Assembly (NCBI RefSeq): GCF_001194135.2
Contig: NC_068982.1
Span: 192,245,135-192,309,134, forward strand
Source: Octopus bimaculoides
Lineage: Eukaryota
Reading direction: 5' to 3'
Length of the DNA: 64,000 nucleotides
Part shown: positions 23,637-35,029 of the stretch, one piece after another
Numbering within the stretch: the stretch's first letter is position 1
How the letters are laid out: the number at the start of each line of letters is the position of its first letter
Translations under genes and position numbers: made by a program
Notes under the pieces: model-generated
Databases searched by the model: none
The model's input: the letters and a program-made list of their open reading frames with translations, nothing else
What the model was told of the DNA's origin: nothing

Positions 23637-25104
23637 TTACAAATACAGATAAACACGGAGGAAATAGTTGAGCTTGAGAATGAATTATAAAAATAAAAAT
23701 AAATGTTGCCACAATAAATATGAAATCTCACACAGATTGTCAAGGAGAACTCCCAGAATAAAAATTTGGAAGAGAGAACATTCTGACACAATTTAAGAAC
23801 AGATCATACTTTTAGGTTCTATGGTTGTTGTGGGAAAAAAACAAAAACCATTTACAATACACAAACACAGTTTTGGTATCACTACAGCAGCATTAACCTA
23901 TTTTGAAGTAAAACTTTTCAAACATTTCATTTCAATCTCCACTGCCCCTCCCTCCAAATACTTCCAAGTTGCCAAAGTCACTGGCAACTGTTCGGCTAAA
24001 GGGTTGTGATTACTGCTCAAAGAATTTACCCAGGATTCCAAAAGCAGGAGAATATTGAAGAGAGATTCCATTTTGTATTAGGGAAGCAAAATGGAAATTA
24101 TTAAGTTTTTCTTTTTTTTTTTAAATCATAAAAACCTGGTTGGAATGTCCCTATATTCAACAAGACTGACGACTACTGAATGATTCTGTAAAGTTCACTA
24201 AATGCATAGCATTGAAGATAAAACAAAATCGATAAAGTTCTAAGAGAAAAGAAAACAAGACTCTTTGTTCTTAACTTTTGCATCAAAAAATGTCCAATCT
24301 CAGCAGATTTGTTTGTTCAGTGAAATTCCTTTAAATGTTGTTGTTGTTGTTGTTGTAGTAAAATGAGACAACTTGAGTTTGGCATTTAATATAATCAGTG
24401 ATATACCATGCACGTATATAAAAGTTCAAGACAGGATATCATATGTCATGATTCCAAAAGATTTTTCTTACTGATATCAAGGAAAAGGAGTGGAAGATAA
24501 ATACACACACACACACACACACACACAATCTGTTGCAGCCATTTGTAAAAAAAAAAAAATGTTCTGAAAATGTTGGTGAAATAAATTGAAAAAAGACTAA
24601 AATTCATTAATGAATCTGAAGAAGGAAAAAAATCACAGTTTTCTGAAAACAGCCACGACAAAAAAAGAAGGAATGAAATATTTGGTAAATTAATGAATTG
24701 ACGCTTTTGTTTAGTTTTTATACATTATAAAGAAACATGTAAAGTCATGATTTTGATCAGCATAAAGCAGTTGTAAAGAAAAGGAGGGGTAGAAAGATGG
24801 ACATGGAAAATATACAATGAATTCAGCAAAAAACATGAGCAGCTTTTAAATTTCCTAAACAACAAAGATAGCTTACTATCGTAAAGGTTGAAATTTTTAA
24901 AAAAACTGTCTTCAGCAATTAATGTCATTTGTTTTTAAATTGTCACTGTGGAGAAATAAACTAAAACAATTTCTTTTCACAAACTTCTCTTATTTATTTA
25001 TTTATTAAGATGGCTTCTCCAGAATGACTCACCTCAATCTTCAAAAGGAAGAAGTGAGGACCAAGTGGAGGAGAGTGTTTAGATTTGGAGAGGATAGTTG
25101 CAGT

Positions 25105-28100
25105 TTATGGAGGCAAAGACACTGCACATTGAAGTAAATTAGCAGCATTTTCACTGCCTGTTAAACACTTCTTCAGTTGTGGTAAAACATTATCTGCAAC
25201 TAATAACATGTCATCTGTCTCAACATGAGGTAGACTATCGTTTAACTTTAATAAAAAACTACTTTGCGACAAGGAACATTTCTGTACTGCAATATTGTGA
25301 TAGAGAAGTTTGTCAAACACTGTGGAAGATATCCATGAAGGATTGACATCACTCAGAAGAAAATATCTCTCTCCATTGTGCTCAATAAATCTTACAACTC
25401 TATTACTTAGCTGTGTCATTCCTCCCAAAATGAATTCTTTGTCTGGAGATGGTGAGCTGATAGACACAGCCTTGTTCTGATCCTTATCAGAATCAGTTTG
25501 TCCGTTGGGTTGTTCACTGTTTAGTTCATAATTTGACAGGGGAACAGAATCACAGAGACCTGGCAAAGAAGAGGAAGTTTGTATACCATCAGATGGAGAT
25601 TTGAAAACCCCATTTGAGCAATTTAGACTTAATGATGACCCCAAAACATTTGTTTCCAAATCTACTGACGATGGACATTTGTCTGGAATTGGATGCTCTG
25701 TAGAATCTTTATGTGACAGACAAGTTTTTAACGTACCATAAAGTGTTAAAGAATTATGTAAGTCAGTCTCCATATCTGCATTATATTTAAAACTTTCTGC
25801 TGACGGTTCAAATATGCCTGACACTGGCCGCTTCGGTGGTTTACGATATAAATTGCAGCATTCTAGTTTTGTCAATGAACCTGGCTCTGCTGGAGATTGT
25901 TGGCAGAGACAAGAGCATTTATAACCCGTTTTATGTAAAGATTCGACCGGATTCTCCCTGGCAGACACAAATGTATTTTGTTCAGTTTTTTCTCCCAAAC
26001 CTTCAGACCATTTAGGATCAAAAACACCCGTATTATCTGGATCCCAGTCTTGGACACATTTTACAAGCTTACATTCTTTAAAACTATAGAAGAAATGATA
26101 GAGGAGTTCTGCATCAGACAATAACATGATACCAAGTGGCGTCGCTCGATTACCATTGAAGACCAGACTAGATTCTAAAAGGTACTTCAAGGCAAAAGAC
26201 CTCATATAATGTGGCAGCTCTAAGTAAGGTAAACTATAGTCTCTATATTTAGTCCGATAAAACACAGTTTGATTTTTGCCAAGAAAACATTTTTGAACAA
26301 CTTCTCGGACAATAACATATTTTTTTACATTAATGACTACACAGAGGAGTTTGTGACCATGGAACTTGACAAATTTATGAATGATAGAATGAGGAGGAGT
26401 ATTGCTCACTTGAGAATAGCAACTCCCGCTGAAAGCATGAGTCACACATCCAGTGAAATTAAGGTCTGTTTGATTTTGCTTGTCATGAAATGAACTGGGA
26501 TCTTCATGATGCTGTATCAAATGTGGAGAAGTGAAAACACGGCCATATCTGACAGGACAACTCATTAAAATTCTATTATGCAGGGTTTGTAAATCATATT
26601 TTAATGGCAGGGGCAGTTGAAAGGGGTTTCCTGGTGAAAGCTGATTTTCAACAAATAATGTTTCAATGTGGTTTTCTCTTATATTTTCACAAGACTTGAC
26701 CTCCTGAAACGACTTTTTATTTACACATTTAGTTCTTTTCTTAAAACTAGTGCAGAATTTCTTTAGCAAACGACTCTTCCTTACTTGTTTGGACCATTTG
26801 AATTTCCTCGGTTGGGGTTTAGCAACTAAAGACAATGAATTTAAGATTCCTTGGCTTTTAACATCTTTGTGCTTTTCATTTTTTTTGTCTGAGTATAAAG
26901 TCTTGGGAATTTTATCAGGGTACAGAGCTTTGAAGTCTGTGATTGTTTTGCATAATTTCACTTCACAGGAAGGAAGAGGAAACAAAGGATTGCACTGATT
27001 GTTTTTCGTGGTTGGTTTTGAATTACTTTTAACAGGTTTCCGTAATGGTTCACCAACAGCAGAAGAGTCACAAATCCTTTCACTGATGAAACCACAGCTA
27101 CTGACAGACACTATTTCACCATTCTTTGTTTTCGTGACAACCTCTTTGCAAGATTTGTCCAATAAATCTGATGGAACTACCACAGATGTCTTGGCTGACT
27201 TCTCTTTACTCAGAATCTTGTCATTGTCTGTTTGTACTGGTTCTTCTGGTCTGGACATCACAGAGGATTTGCAACCATCAGAAATGTCAACCGATGTTTC
27301 ATTCTTGGCCAATTCCATTGAACAACTTTCTGTAACAGGACACACAATGACATCAGCATGAACAGTATCTTTTAATAAATGCTCAGATTTGGTCAAATTT
27401 GACAGATTATCACTAACAGGTTCTTCATAGTCAGTTACTATGGCAACAATATTTATATCCCCATTCTCACTGACCTCCAAGCACGGAGCTTTGTTCAAGT
27501 CTTCCAATTCTTCAATAACACAGATTTTCTTGGAAAGATTTAAGAAATTCATTTCAGATTGATGAACCACAGTCACTTGGTCCTGTTTCTCATTATCTTT
27601 GACTTGTTTCTCATTATTAATCAATTGAAAGATATCACCTGCAGCAACATTATCGAGTTTCTTTGGAGCAATTTCGGTTAAGCAACTACCAACAACAATT
27701 TCATTTGGTTGCTGTTCCTGCTGTTGTTGTTGTTGTTGTTGTTCTGGTGGTGGTGGTGGTGGTGGTGGTGGTGGTAACTGTTGTAGTTGTGGGGACTGCT
27801 TTTGTTGTGGTGGCTGTGGTTGTTGTAGTTGGGGTGACTGTTGTTGTTGTTGTTGTTCTTGCTGTAGTTTTGTTTTTAACTCTTGCAATTCTTCTTGTGT
27901 TTGTTGTTTTTGAAGCTGTCTTAAGTTTGGTTGTTGTTGTTGTTGTGACAGTTGAGATCCCTCCTCCTCCTCCTCCTCCCCTAGTTGTGATGAAACAACA
28001 GCAGCAATGATGCCTGGTGATGTTCGGGCTGTCCAAGCATCTTCTTTCACATCTTTCAGCACAATTAGTTTATCACTGGTTTTCTCTTCAACAGGAAGTT

Positions 28101-31100
28101 TAGGGTTTGTTTTGTGACCACCATCAGCACCACCACCACAACCCTCACCATCATCATCACCATCATCATCACCACTATCATCACCATCAGTATTGTTGTT
28201 GTTGTTGTTGTAAGTTTTGAAATGTTCAACAGAGTTTGGTGCTTCAGTTTCAGATCTGGGACAGAAACTTTCATCCAAAACATGTTTATCCTTTTGGAAA
28301 CTATTGAATTGGTTCTTCTGTTTCCAATATTTGGAATTCCCAGCCGTTCGAGCACAGTCTTTCTCCTTATTTTCTATTCCTTCCTTCTTATTCTCCTCCG
28401 TTCCCATTGTCAGTCTAGCCTCAGATTTCTCGATCCCTACTTGACAGTTCTTGGTGATTACACTGTTCTTTCCAGTCTCGTTACTTAAGGAAACAAACTT
28501 TTTGGAAGTTGCCAACTCATTTTCGCATGCTAATAGAGCCTTCTCTAACAAACTTTGACCTTTTCTGCGCTGACGGCCGTCATTGGTTGATGGTTTGACA
28601 GGACAATATGGAGCATAGACAGCAGACGCTTCTGAGAGGGTCTTGAAATCTGATTTTATAGAGATTTCATCATTGGTAAAATTAGTAGATGGACTTCGGT
28701 CAGGACTTGGTAACAAACACACAGTGGAATTAATGCTACTCTCATCACTGGAAACCAATTGAGATAAATCTTCTTTTACAGTTGATTCCACATCAGATTT
28801 CTGCTGGTCATCCTGAAGTTTAACTGGTGATTTACATGATTCAAATTCCTTTTGTTTGATTTTCACCCAAGAAGAATTGGTAATTTCAACATCTGGATTA
28901 GCATCGGTTAATAATTTTCTGGTATTAATAGATTTGTCTAATGATGAATTAGTGGAATTTGAATTCTCTTTTAAAACAGAAACTTTTGACAATGGAGAAA
29001 ATGGTTGTATTCCTGGACTGACCTTATCTTCCATAATGGTAAAAACAATTTCTTTCTCCAGAGTTCTTTCTCCAAAAGAGTCGTTGTTTTCTGTCGCTTT
29101 GGAATTGATGCTTGTGTTTTTCAAAGAGTCCATAGAACTTTCAGCAGTACTTAGAGTGTCGACTGATTGCCTTGAATGAATCACAGATTTCGGTGCCATC
29201 GTTTCGCCAGCTTGAACTCCGTCAGAATCATCAGTGTCATCCAGTGTGACACACTTTTCATTGTTAACACTTTTCCCATGACGGTTAATTGTCCTGCGTT
29301 CAACTTGTCTCTCCTCAGGCCAACACTTCCACATTTTGTCGTTTGTCTCCACTGGACTTTGATTTGAGCTCGAATTAGACAAAGAATGTAAAATATCTAC
29401 GATATCACAGTATTCTGGAGCATTGTTGCTGCTGTTGGTTTTGTCAAAAAATTTATCAGTTTGGTTAGCACCTAGCGATTTATTAGTTATAGAGGCAGGG
29501 ATATAGTTCTTGGCAGAAGATTCATAGTTGTTGCCTAATAATTTGTTCATTGACTCTGGAGGCCAACAGGAAGTATCTTCATCCAGTTCCAAGTTCTCCC
29601 GCTTGCGTGGCTCGTATTTTTTACGTTTTGATCTACTTTCCAGCTTTAATCTGTAGTCCTGAACAATGTCCGTCGATAAAAGATTCTCTTTTTGATTGTC
29701 TTCAAGGCTGACATTTATAATGTCTGGCAACCTACGCTTTTTTGTGACGTTACTAGCACCAGTTGCTGCTATCAGGTCTTTTGATCTGTGAGGAACACCA
29801 GACAAAGATAAAGAGTAGGAACTGGTGATCACCAAGTCACAAGGAGTTTCGTCGTTTTGGTGGTTGGCTTTTTCAACAACAGAAGATCGGGGTCGCGCAA
29901 GAGCAGAGGGAGCAGAGACAGAAGGAGCGGAAAGATTGGGAGCAGAGACTGTGGGAGGGGCAGAAATAGTAGGAGTAGTAACAATAAGAGCAGGAGGAGG
30001 AAGAGATGGTGGTGGCGGTGGTGGTGGTGGTGGTGGTGGAGGTGGTGATGGAGAAGAGTCAGTGTCTCTGGACAAATCTATTACATCTTCGATTATATGA
30101 TGATTATGTTTTGAAAATGAGGAATTCAATGCCATGATATGGTGTTTCTTGGGAAGATGACTAAGGGTAGACTGACTACTAGACGTCACCTGAATATGGT
30201 TCTGTTGGTTAGAATTAGTAGTTAAAATATCAGAAATCACAGATTCTGAACTAGTTGTCTTTGAGCTCTTATTGAGTTTTGATTCATTTTGATGTTTTTT
30301 CATGAGCCTTTTGAGAAAATATTCAGCAAAGTTATTTGAAGAATTTGAAGAAGTGACAGAATCTGGAAGACAGTTGGAAGATTTTGAAGAATTTGAAGTT
30401 GACAGTTTGGTACAATTAAAATTGTTTGTAATAATAGCAGGATTTTCAAAGTTATTTGGTTTGTTTGGCACTGTACTTTCAACCCCACCTAAGTTCCCAG
30501 TTTTTTCATTGTCCTTTGTAAGTTTCTCTTTTTTCGTCTGTGGTGGTGGTGGGCTTTTTTCAGGCATTTTGTACCAAGACCTGCGTGTCACTGACCCGCC
30601 ACACACCGATGTCGTTGTTTCACATTTTTGTACAACAGTTTTCTCAATGAAATTAAGGTCTGCATGGATGTGATTGCCAACTGGATGCAGACAGTCAATG
30701 TTTTCTAACTGAGTGGGTGGCATGACCACAGGCAGCTCTGGTAGTGGAATGTCATTTGGATAGCGTGTATACCAGCCCCGAAGGTTGGCAGGGGTAGTAG
30801 GGTGTACAGAACCAAGAATAGGGTCTACTAATGAGCTGTGGGGTTGTGTTACAGATGGTAAATTAAAGGAAGGTGGAGGGACACGGTTAGTGACTCTACA
30901 GGGATATGACTGTTGAGGTGAAAGAACATTACCATTTGTAACAGAATGGTTTAACCATCCACCAGGAGGAGGCCAACCAGTCCAGGGGGGCGCTCGTGGT
31001 GACCAATTGATGTTATTGTAACATGTACGATCTGGCACAAATGGAGGGGCCAGACCAGCATAGTAACCCATTGTTTGATGGTAATGAGAAATTTGAGTTG

Positions 31101-31185
31101 TGAATACATTCTCCTCTAACTGTAACCGGCTGTTACTGCGTCTTCGCTCTTTCTTAGAATGAGGTTCTTCATTTCTCGAAGACAT
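25105..31185 (-). CDS. Uncharacterised 2026-aa largely disordered, probably nuclear protein encoded in one giant exon; possible tandem Ski/Sno/Dach-like domains at the C-terminus
   Basis: 6,081-nt stop-free frame in a background where other ORFs are <250 aa or artefacts. In-frame stops lie upstream of the ATG, and a pyrimidine-rich acceptor is 61 nt upstream. Poly-P/Q/N/E tracts, basic NLS-like patches, no transposon motifs. The domain call is by eye only. Confidence 0.92.
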   Translation of the reverse strand: MSSRNEEPHSKKERRRSNSRLQLEENVFTTQISHYHQTMGYYAGLAPPFVPDRTCYNNINWSPRAPPWTGWPPPGGWLNHSVTNGNVLSPQQSYPCRVTNRVPPPSFNLPSVTQPHSSLVDPILGSVHPTTPANLRGWYTRYPNDIPLPELPVVMPPTQLENIDCLHPVGNHIHADLNFIEKTVVQKCETTTSVCGGSVTRRSWYKMPEKSPPPPQTKKEKLTKDNEKTGNLGGVESTVPNKPNNFENPAIITNNFNCTKLSTSNSSKSSNCLPDSVTSSNSSNNFAEYFLKRLMKKHQNESKLNKSSKTTSSESVISDILTTNSNQQNHIQVTSSSQSTLSHLPKKHHIMALNSSFSKHNHHIIEDVIDLSRDTDSSPSPPPPPPPPPPPPPSLPPPALIVTTPTISAPPTVSAPNLSAPSVSAPSALARPRSSVVEKANHQNDETPCDLVITSSYSLSLSGVPHRSKDLIAATGASNVTKKRRLPDIINVSLEDNQKENLLSTDIVQDYRLKLESRSKRKKYEPRKRENLELDEDTSCWPPESMNKLLGNNYESSAKNYIPASITNKSLGANQTDKFFDKTNSSNNAPEYCDIVDILHSLSNSSSNQSPVETNDKMWKCWPEERQVERRTINRHGKSVNNEKCVTLDDTDDSDGVQAGETMAPKSVIHSRQSVDTLSTAESSMDSLKNTSINSKATENNDSFGERTLEKEIVFTIMEDKVSPGIQPFSPLSKVSVLKENSNSTNSSLDKSINTRKLLTDANPDVEITNSSWVKIKQKEFESCKSPVKLQDDQQKSDVESTVKEDLSQLVSSDESSINSTVCLLPSPDRSPSTNFTNDEISIKSDFKTLSEASAVYAPYCPVKPSTNDGRQRRKGQSLLEKALLACENELATSKKFVSLSNETGKNSVITKNCQVGIEKSEARLTMGTEENKKEGIENKEKDCARTAGNSKYWKQKNQFNSFQKDKHVLDESFCPRSETEAPNSVEHFKTYNNNNNNTDGDDSGDDDGDDDGEGCGGGADGGHKTNPKLPVEEKTSDKLIVLKDVKEDAWTARTSPGIIAAVVSSQLGEEEEEEGSQLSQQQQQPNLRQLQKQQTQEELQELKTKLQQEQQQQQQSPQLQQPQPPQQKQSPQLQQLPPPPPPPPPPEQQQQQQQQEQQPNEIVVGSCLTEIAPKKLDNVAAGDIFQLINNEKQVKDNEKQDQVTVVHQSEMNFLNLSKKICVIEELEDLNKAPCLEVSENGDINIVAIVTDYEEPVSDNLSNLTKSEHLLKDTVHADVIVCPVTESCSMELAKNETSVDISDGCKSSVMSRPEEPVQTDNDKILSKEKSAKTSVVVPSDLLDKSCKEVVTKTKNGEIVSVSSCGFISERICDSSAVGEPLRKPVKSNSKPTTKNNQCNPLFPLPSCEVKLCKTITDFKALYPDKIPKTLYSDKKNEKHKDVKSQGILNSLSLVAKPQPRKFKWSKQVRKSRLLKKFCTSFKKRTKCVNKKSFQEVKSCENIRENHIETLFVENQLSPGNPFQLPLPLKYDLQTLHNRILMSCPVRYGRVFTSPHLIQHHEDPSSFHDKQNQTDLNFTGCVTHAFSGSCYSQVSNTPPHSIIHKFVKFHGHKLLCVVINVKKYVIVREVVQKCFLGKNQTVFYRTKYRDYSLPYLELPHYMRSFALKYLLESSLVFNGNRATPLGIMLLSDAELLYHFFYSFKECKLVKCVQDWDPDNTGVFDPKWSEGLGEKTEQNTFVSARENPVESLHKTGYKCSCLCQQSPAEPGSLTKLECCNLYRKPPKRPVSGIFEPSAESFKYNADMETDLHNSLTLYGTLKTCLSHKDSTEHPIPDKCPSSVDLETNVLGSSLSLNCSNGVFKSPSDGIQTSSSLPGLCDSVPLSNYELNSEQPNGQTDSDKDQNKAVSISSPSPDKEFILGGMTQLSNRVVRFIEHNGERYFLLSDVNPSWISSTVFDKLLYHNIAVQKCSLSQSSFLLKLNDSLPHVETDDMLLVADNVLPQLKKCLTGSENAANLLQCAVSLPP

Positions 31186-31246
31186 TACATAAAGTGGTTT
31201 CTTAGTAAACTGTTAGAAAATGCCTGTCTCTGATCTTCAAAGTTAC

Positions 31247-31270
31247 CTGAAAGAGAAAAGAAACTAAAGG
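31247..31270 (-). promoter_or_regulatory. Splice acceptor for the giant exon (5' UTR intron)
   Basis: Minus strand CTTTAGTTTCTTTTCTCTTTCAG|GTAACTTTG; sequence upstream becomes AT-rich and intron-like. Confidence 0.7.
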
Positions 31271-31882
31271 TGAGAACAGCTAGTAAAATACGGAAACCAA
31301 GGAAACTGTACAACAGTAGTAATAGTGGTAATAGTGGTAATAGTAGTAGCAGGTAAGCAAGTAATAAAAGAGGAGAAAATAAATAAACAAAATAAATACG
31401 GTTTTAATTTATAACTATTTTTAAAATGACTAAAGTATATTTTGAAAATTGAATCAAGACTTAAAATGACTGAAATTTGAAAATTAAATCTTTATTGAAA
31501 TAAATGTACTTTAAAAGTCAATAAAATCAATTAAAATCCAACAGCTAGTAAATAAATAAAAGTCACTCTAAAACATAGGTGGACTAAAATCAATGAGAAA
31601 ATTTAATAACAGAAAAACTTGAAAGGAAATTTTATATTAAAAAACAAAATTACATTGCTCATTAAAAAATGATTTCTATAAATTCTATTTTCACAAATTC
31701 CATTTCCAAAACATAAATTTAGAAGCAAAATAGTTCAGGTGTTATTGTTTAACCTTGGATTAGCCCTAATCAAACAAACCCTGTTAGCAATGGCTCTCCA
31801 GCAATCATCACCCTATATTTTGGTTAGGGTCTTTTAGGCTTTTGAGAACAACATTATACGAAATATTTTTCCCTTTCTAAGA

Positions 31883-32055
31883 TCATCATCATCATCATCG
31901 TCGTTTAACATCCGCTTTCCATGCTAGCATGGGTTGGACGATTTGACTGAGGACTGGTGAAACCAGATGGCTACACCAGGCTCCAATCTGATTTGGCAGA
32001 GTTTCTACAGCTGGATACCCTTCCTAACGCCAACCACTCAGAGAGTGTAGTGTGA
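31883..32055 (-). mobile_element. Short 3'-end copy of the GAT-tailed RTE family
   Basis: (CAT)n tail plus ATACCCTTCCTAACGCCAAC core. Confidence 0.8.
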
Positions 32056-32409
32056 TATAATTAAAAAAAAAACTTGGTTGTTATTTCTAGCAGGTCAAGT
32101 AAGCCTATAGTGATTCCTTCATTGGTTTGAAATAATCCAGGCTAAAATTGTATTCCCTGCCTACATTTTTTGAAACTCTTAGGTTAATTACAACTGGGTA
32201 GAATTAATGGGCTAAAAACATCAGTTTGAAAGGACTAGGAGAGGGTTAGGCAGTTCTGGTGAGAAGAATTGATGATGTTGGATTCCAAGGTGAACTTAGG
32301 CGGTTGAACTTTTATTATGTTATTTTCTGAAGTGTTTGTTCGTGGAAAACATTTATGTTGCTGTTTAGCTTTATATCTGTCCTGATTGAGAGGACTAATG
32401 ATCTCAATG

Positions 32410-32545
32410 TTCCAGCTGTAGAAACCTTGCCAGATCAGATTGGAGCCTGGTGCAGCCTCCTGGCTTGCCAGTCCTCAGGCAAACCATCCGACCCATACCA
32501 GCATGGAAAGCGGACGTTAAAGGACGATTTTGATGATGATGATAT
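32410..32545 (+). mobile_element. Short 3'-end copy of the GAT-tailed RTE family
   Basis: CCAGCTGTAGAAAC...GCATGGAAAGCGGACGTTAA...GATGAT. Confidence 0.75.
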
Positions 32546-32786
32546 ATATGAGAGAAACAGACATTCTCTATTATAGAATGCACTTCATCAATAACCCCTA
32601 ACCCTGAAATTTATTTTCTCCTCCCACTACTCTCTTTCTAAATACCTCTCAACCCCTCCTTCTAATACACTTACTTAGTTCTCCACAAAATCATTCCATC
32701 TTTAATCTCCTTCCTGTCAACGCCTCAAATCTAAAGTTCTACCCTGAAGACGGAGGTTGGTATTATCTAATGATGGAATCAATTTA

Positions 32787-32945
32787 TTGGGTTGGTGCAT
32801 AATTGTTGCGGCTTTTTAAAAAGTGCATTTTGTGCACTAATTATGAAATCATTATATTTTGATGGTTAGGTTTTAGTAAAGGAGATGCTGAAACTTTGAC
32901 TCTAAATGTTTATTATGTTACATCATTTTTATGGAAGATATTTCA
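32787..32945 (+). mobile_element. Mariner-family left end (Hsmar1/MADE1-like TIR)
   Basis: TA followed by TTGGGTTGGTGCATAATTGTTGCGGCTTTT, close to the Hsmar1-type TIR; partner TIR not found. Confidence 0.7.
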
Positions 32946-32964
32946 TATATAACCATGTTGTGAT

Positions 32965-33350
32965 TGAGAAGACCCAGCAAGAGATTGCAGCTGTGGCCGA
33001 TGCCAGTGTCGTATAACCAGGCCATTTAAAAGTACCGTTGAATTGCGGGGCAACATGCTGTGCTTGAGAAGACGTGTTGAGTCATAGCCGATGCCAGTGC
33101 CGCCTGACTGGCACCTGTGCTGGTGGCACGTAATAAGCACCATTCAAGTGTGGGTCGGTGCCAGTGTCACCTGACTGGTTCCCATGCCGGTGACACATAA
33201 AAAGCATCCACTCTACTCTTGGAGTAGTTGGCATTAGGAAGGGCATCTAGCTGTAGAAATTTTACCTGGTGCAGCCTACTGGCTTGCCAGTCCTCAGTTA
33301 AACCGTCCAATCCATACCAGCATGGAAAACGGACATTAAACGATGAGGAA
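32965..33350 (+). mobile_element. 3'-end copy of the GAT-tailed RTE family including the last ORF codons
   Basis: GAGAAGACCCAGCAAG, stem-loop units, GGCATTAGGAAGGGCATCTAGC, CGATGA tail. Confidence 0.8.
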
Positions 33351-34148
33351 GGGGAGGAGGAGGAGCCAGCAGCTGCTCTAAAATGGCATCAAGGTGTTAC
33401 TTTCCTTGAAGCATAATGTCTTTAGAGAAGCACCATCCAATTCCAACAGGAGGAAGGACAGTTCTAGGATGAACATTAAAATTATTACAACTATTGTTGA
33501 GTACAAACACTATTGATGGAATATAGCCATTAAAACCGTCATCAAATTCAAATGTAACATATCTATTGTAGTTGCTGTAGATGGAAAACAACAACGATGT
33601 CCAATTGCAGAGGTCAACAGTCTTGTAATGGCTGTCAAAATATTTTATTCAAAATTACTGACAAAGAAAACCTACAACTATTTTTCATGCAGATAATTCA
33701 CCACATTTGTATTAGTAAACATTGCTGCATGTGTTTATGTTACTAAAAACAATTAAGCAACAATCTTGAAAATTTGAGGGTTTCCGGCAAAAAAAGGCCA
33801 TTAGCCAGCATACATTCTGCTAATTCCTTTATAACCAATATTTCTAAGATTTTCAAAACTTGATAATAAAACAAATAAATAAAATAAAAAACAATGCAGA
33901 ACCATGGTAAACTGAGGTTGGATTCTCAAAGCAGCATCACAATCTGCAGACTTCAAATAACCATTTTAGCAGAATTAATAAAATTTAAAAGACAAACAAT
34001 CATAAAAAGGAAGAAAAAGCTAATTGCCATTATCTCATTAAGTTCCTTTTTCTTCTGAAGTTTTCTTTGTTTTGTTCTTAACATTTTTCATCTTACTTTC
34101 TTCAAACCACAAAGAGAACCCATCTGATCCACTAGAAATAACAGTTAA

Positions 34149-35026
34149 TCATCATCATCATCATCGTTGTTTAACGTCCGCTTTCCATGCTAGCATGGGT
34201 TGGACGATTTGACTGAGGACTGGTGAAACCAGATAGCTACACCAGGCTCCAATCTGATCTGGCAGAGTTTCTACAGCTGGATGCCCTTCCTAACGCCAAC
34301 CACTCCGAGAGTGTAGTAGGTGCTTTTATGTGCCACCTGCAAAAAGGCCAGTCAGGCGGTACTGGCAATGGCCACGCTCAAAATGGTGTATTTTACGTGC
34401 CACCTGCACAAGAGCCAGTTTGGCGGCACTGGCAACGATCTCGCTCGAATGTCTTTACACGTGCCATCTGGCACAAGTGCCAGGAAGGCGATGCTGGGTA
34501 CAGGTGCCATTGATGGTTTCGCTTTCGCTTGCCCCAATAAGTCTTCGCAAGCCCATTGACGGTTTCCAATGAAGGAGATGATGTTGGCATGGGTGCCAGT
34601 CGTCGAATTTAATTCGATTTCGATTTCACTTGCCTCAACAGGTCTTCGCAAGCGGAGTTTAGTGTCCAATGAAGGAAGGTACGTATAAGTGGGCTGCCTG
34701 AGGCTTTCGATTTTGGTCTCACTTGGCTTGCCTGGTCTTCTCACGCACAACATATTTCCAAAGGTCTCGGTCAGAAGTCATCGCCTCGGTGAGGCCCAAT
34801 GTTTGAAGGTCGTGCCTCACCACCTCATCCCAGGTCTTCCTGGGCCTACCTCTTCCACAGGTTCCCTCCACTGCTAGGGTGTGGCACTTTTTCACACAGC
34901 TATCCTCATCCATTCTTGCTACATGATCATACCAGCGCAATCGTCTTTCTTGCACACCACAACTGATGCTTCGTAAGTTCAACTTTTCTCTCAAGGTACT
35001 TACACTTTGTCTAGTATGCACACAGT
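34149..35026 (-). mobile_element. RTE LINE, 5'-truncated, ORF end plus 3' UTR
   Basis: ORF 34719-35057 QERRLRWYDHV...GRGRPRKTWDEVVRHDL; (CAT)n from 34149. Confidence 0.9.
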
Positions 35027-35029
35027 TAT

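Noticed and set aside
26269-30673. Plus-strand and alternative-frame ORFs overlapping the giant ORF (e.g. 27663-28010, 27701-28036, 29825-30100)
   Set aside because: Shadow frames of CAA/CAG/CCA repeats and stop-poor coding sequence.
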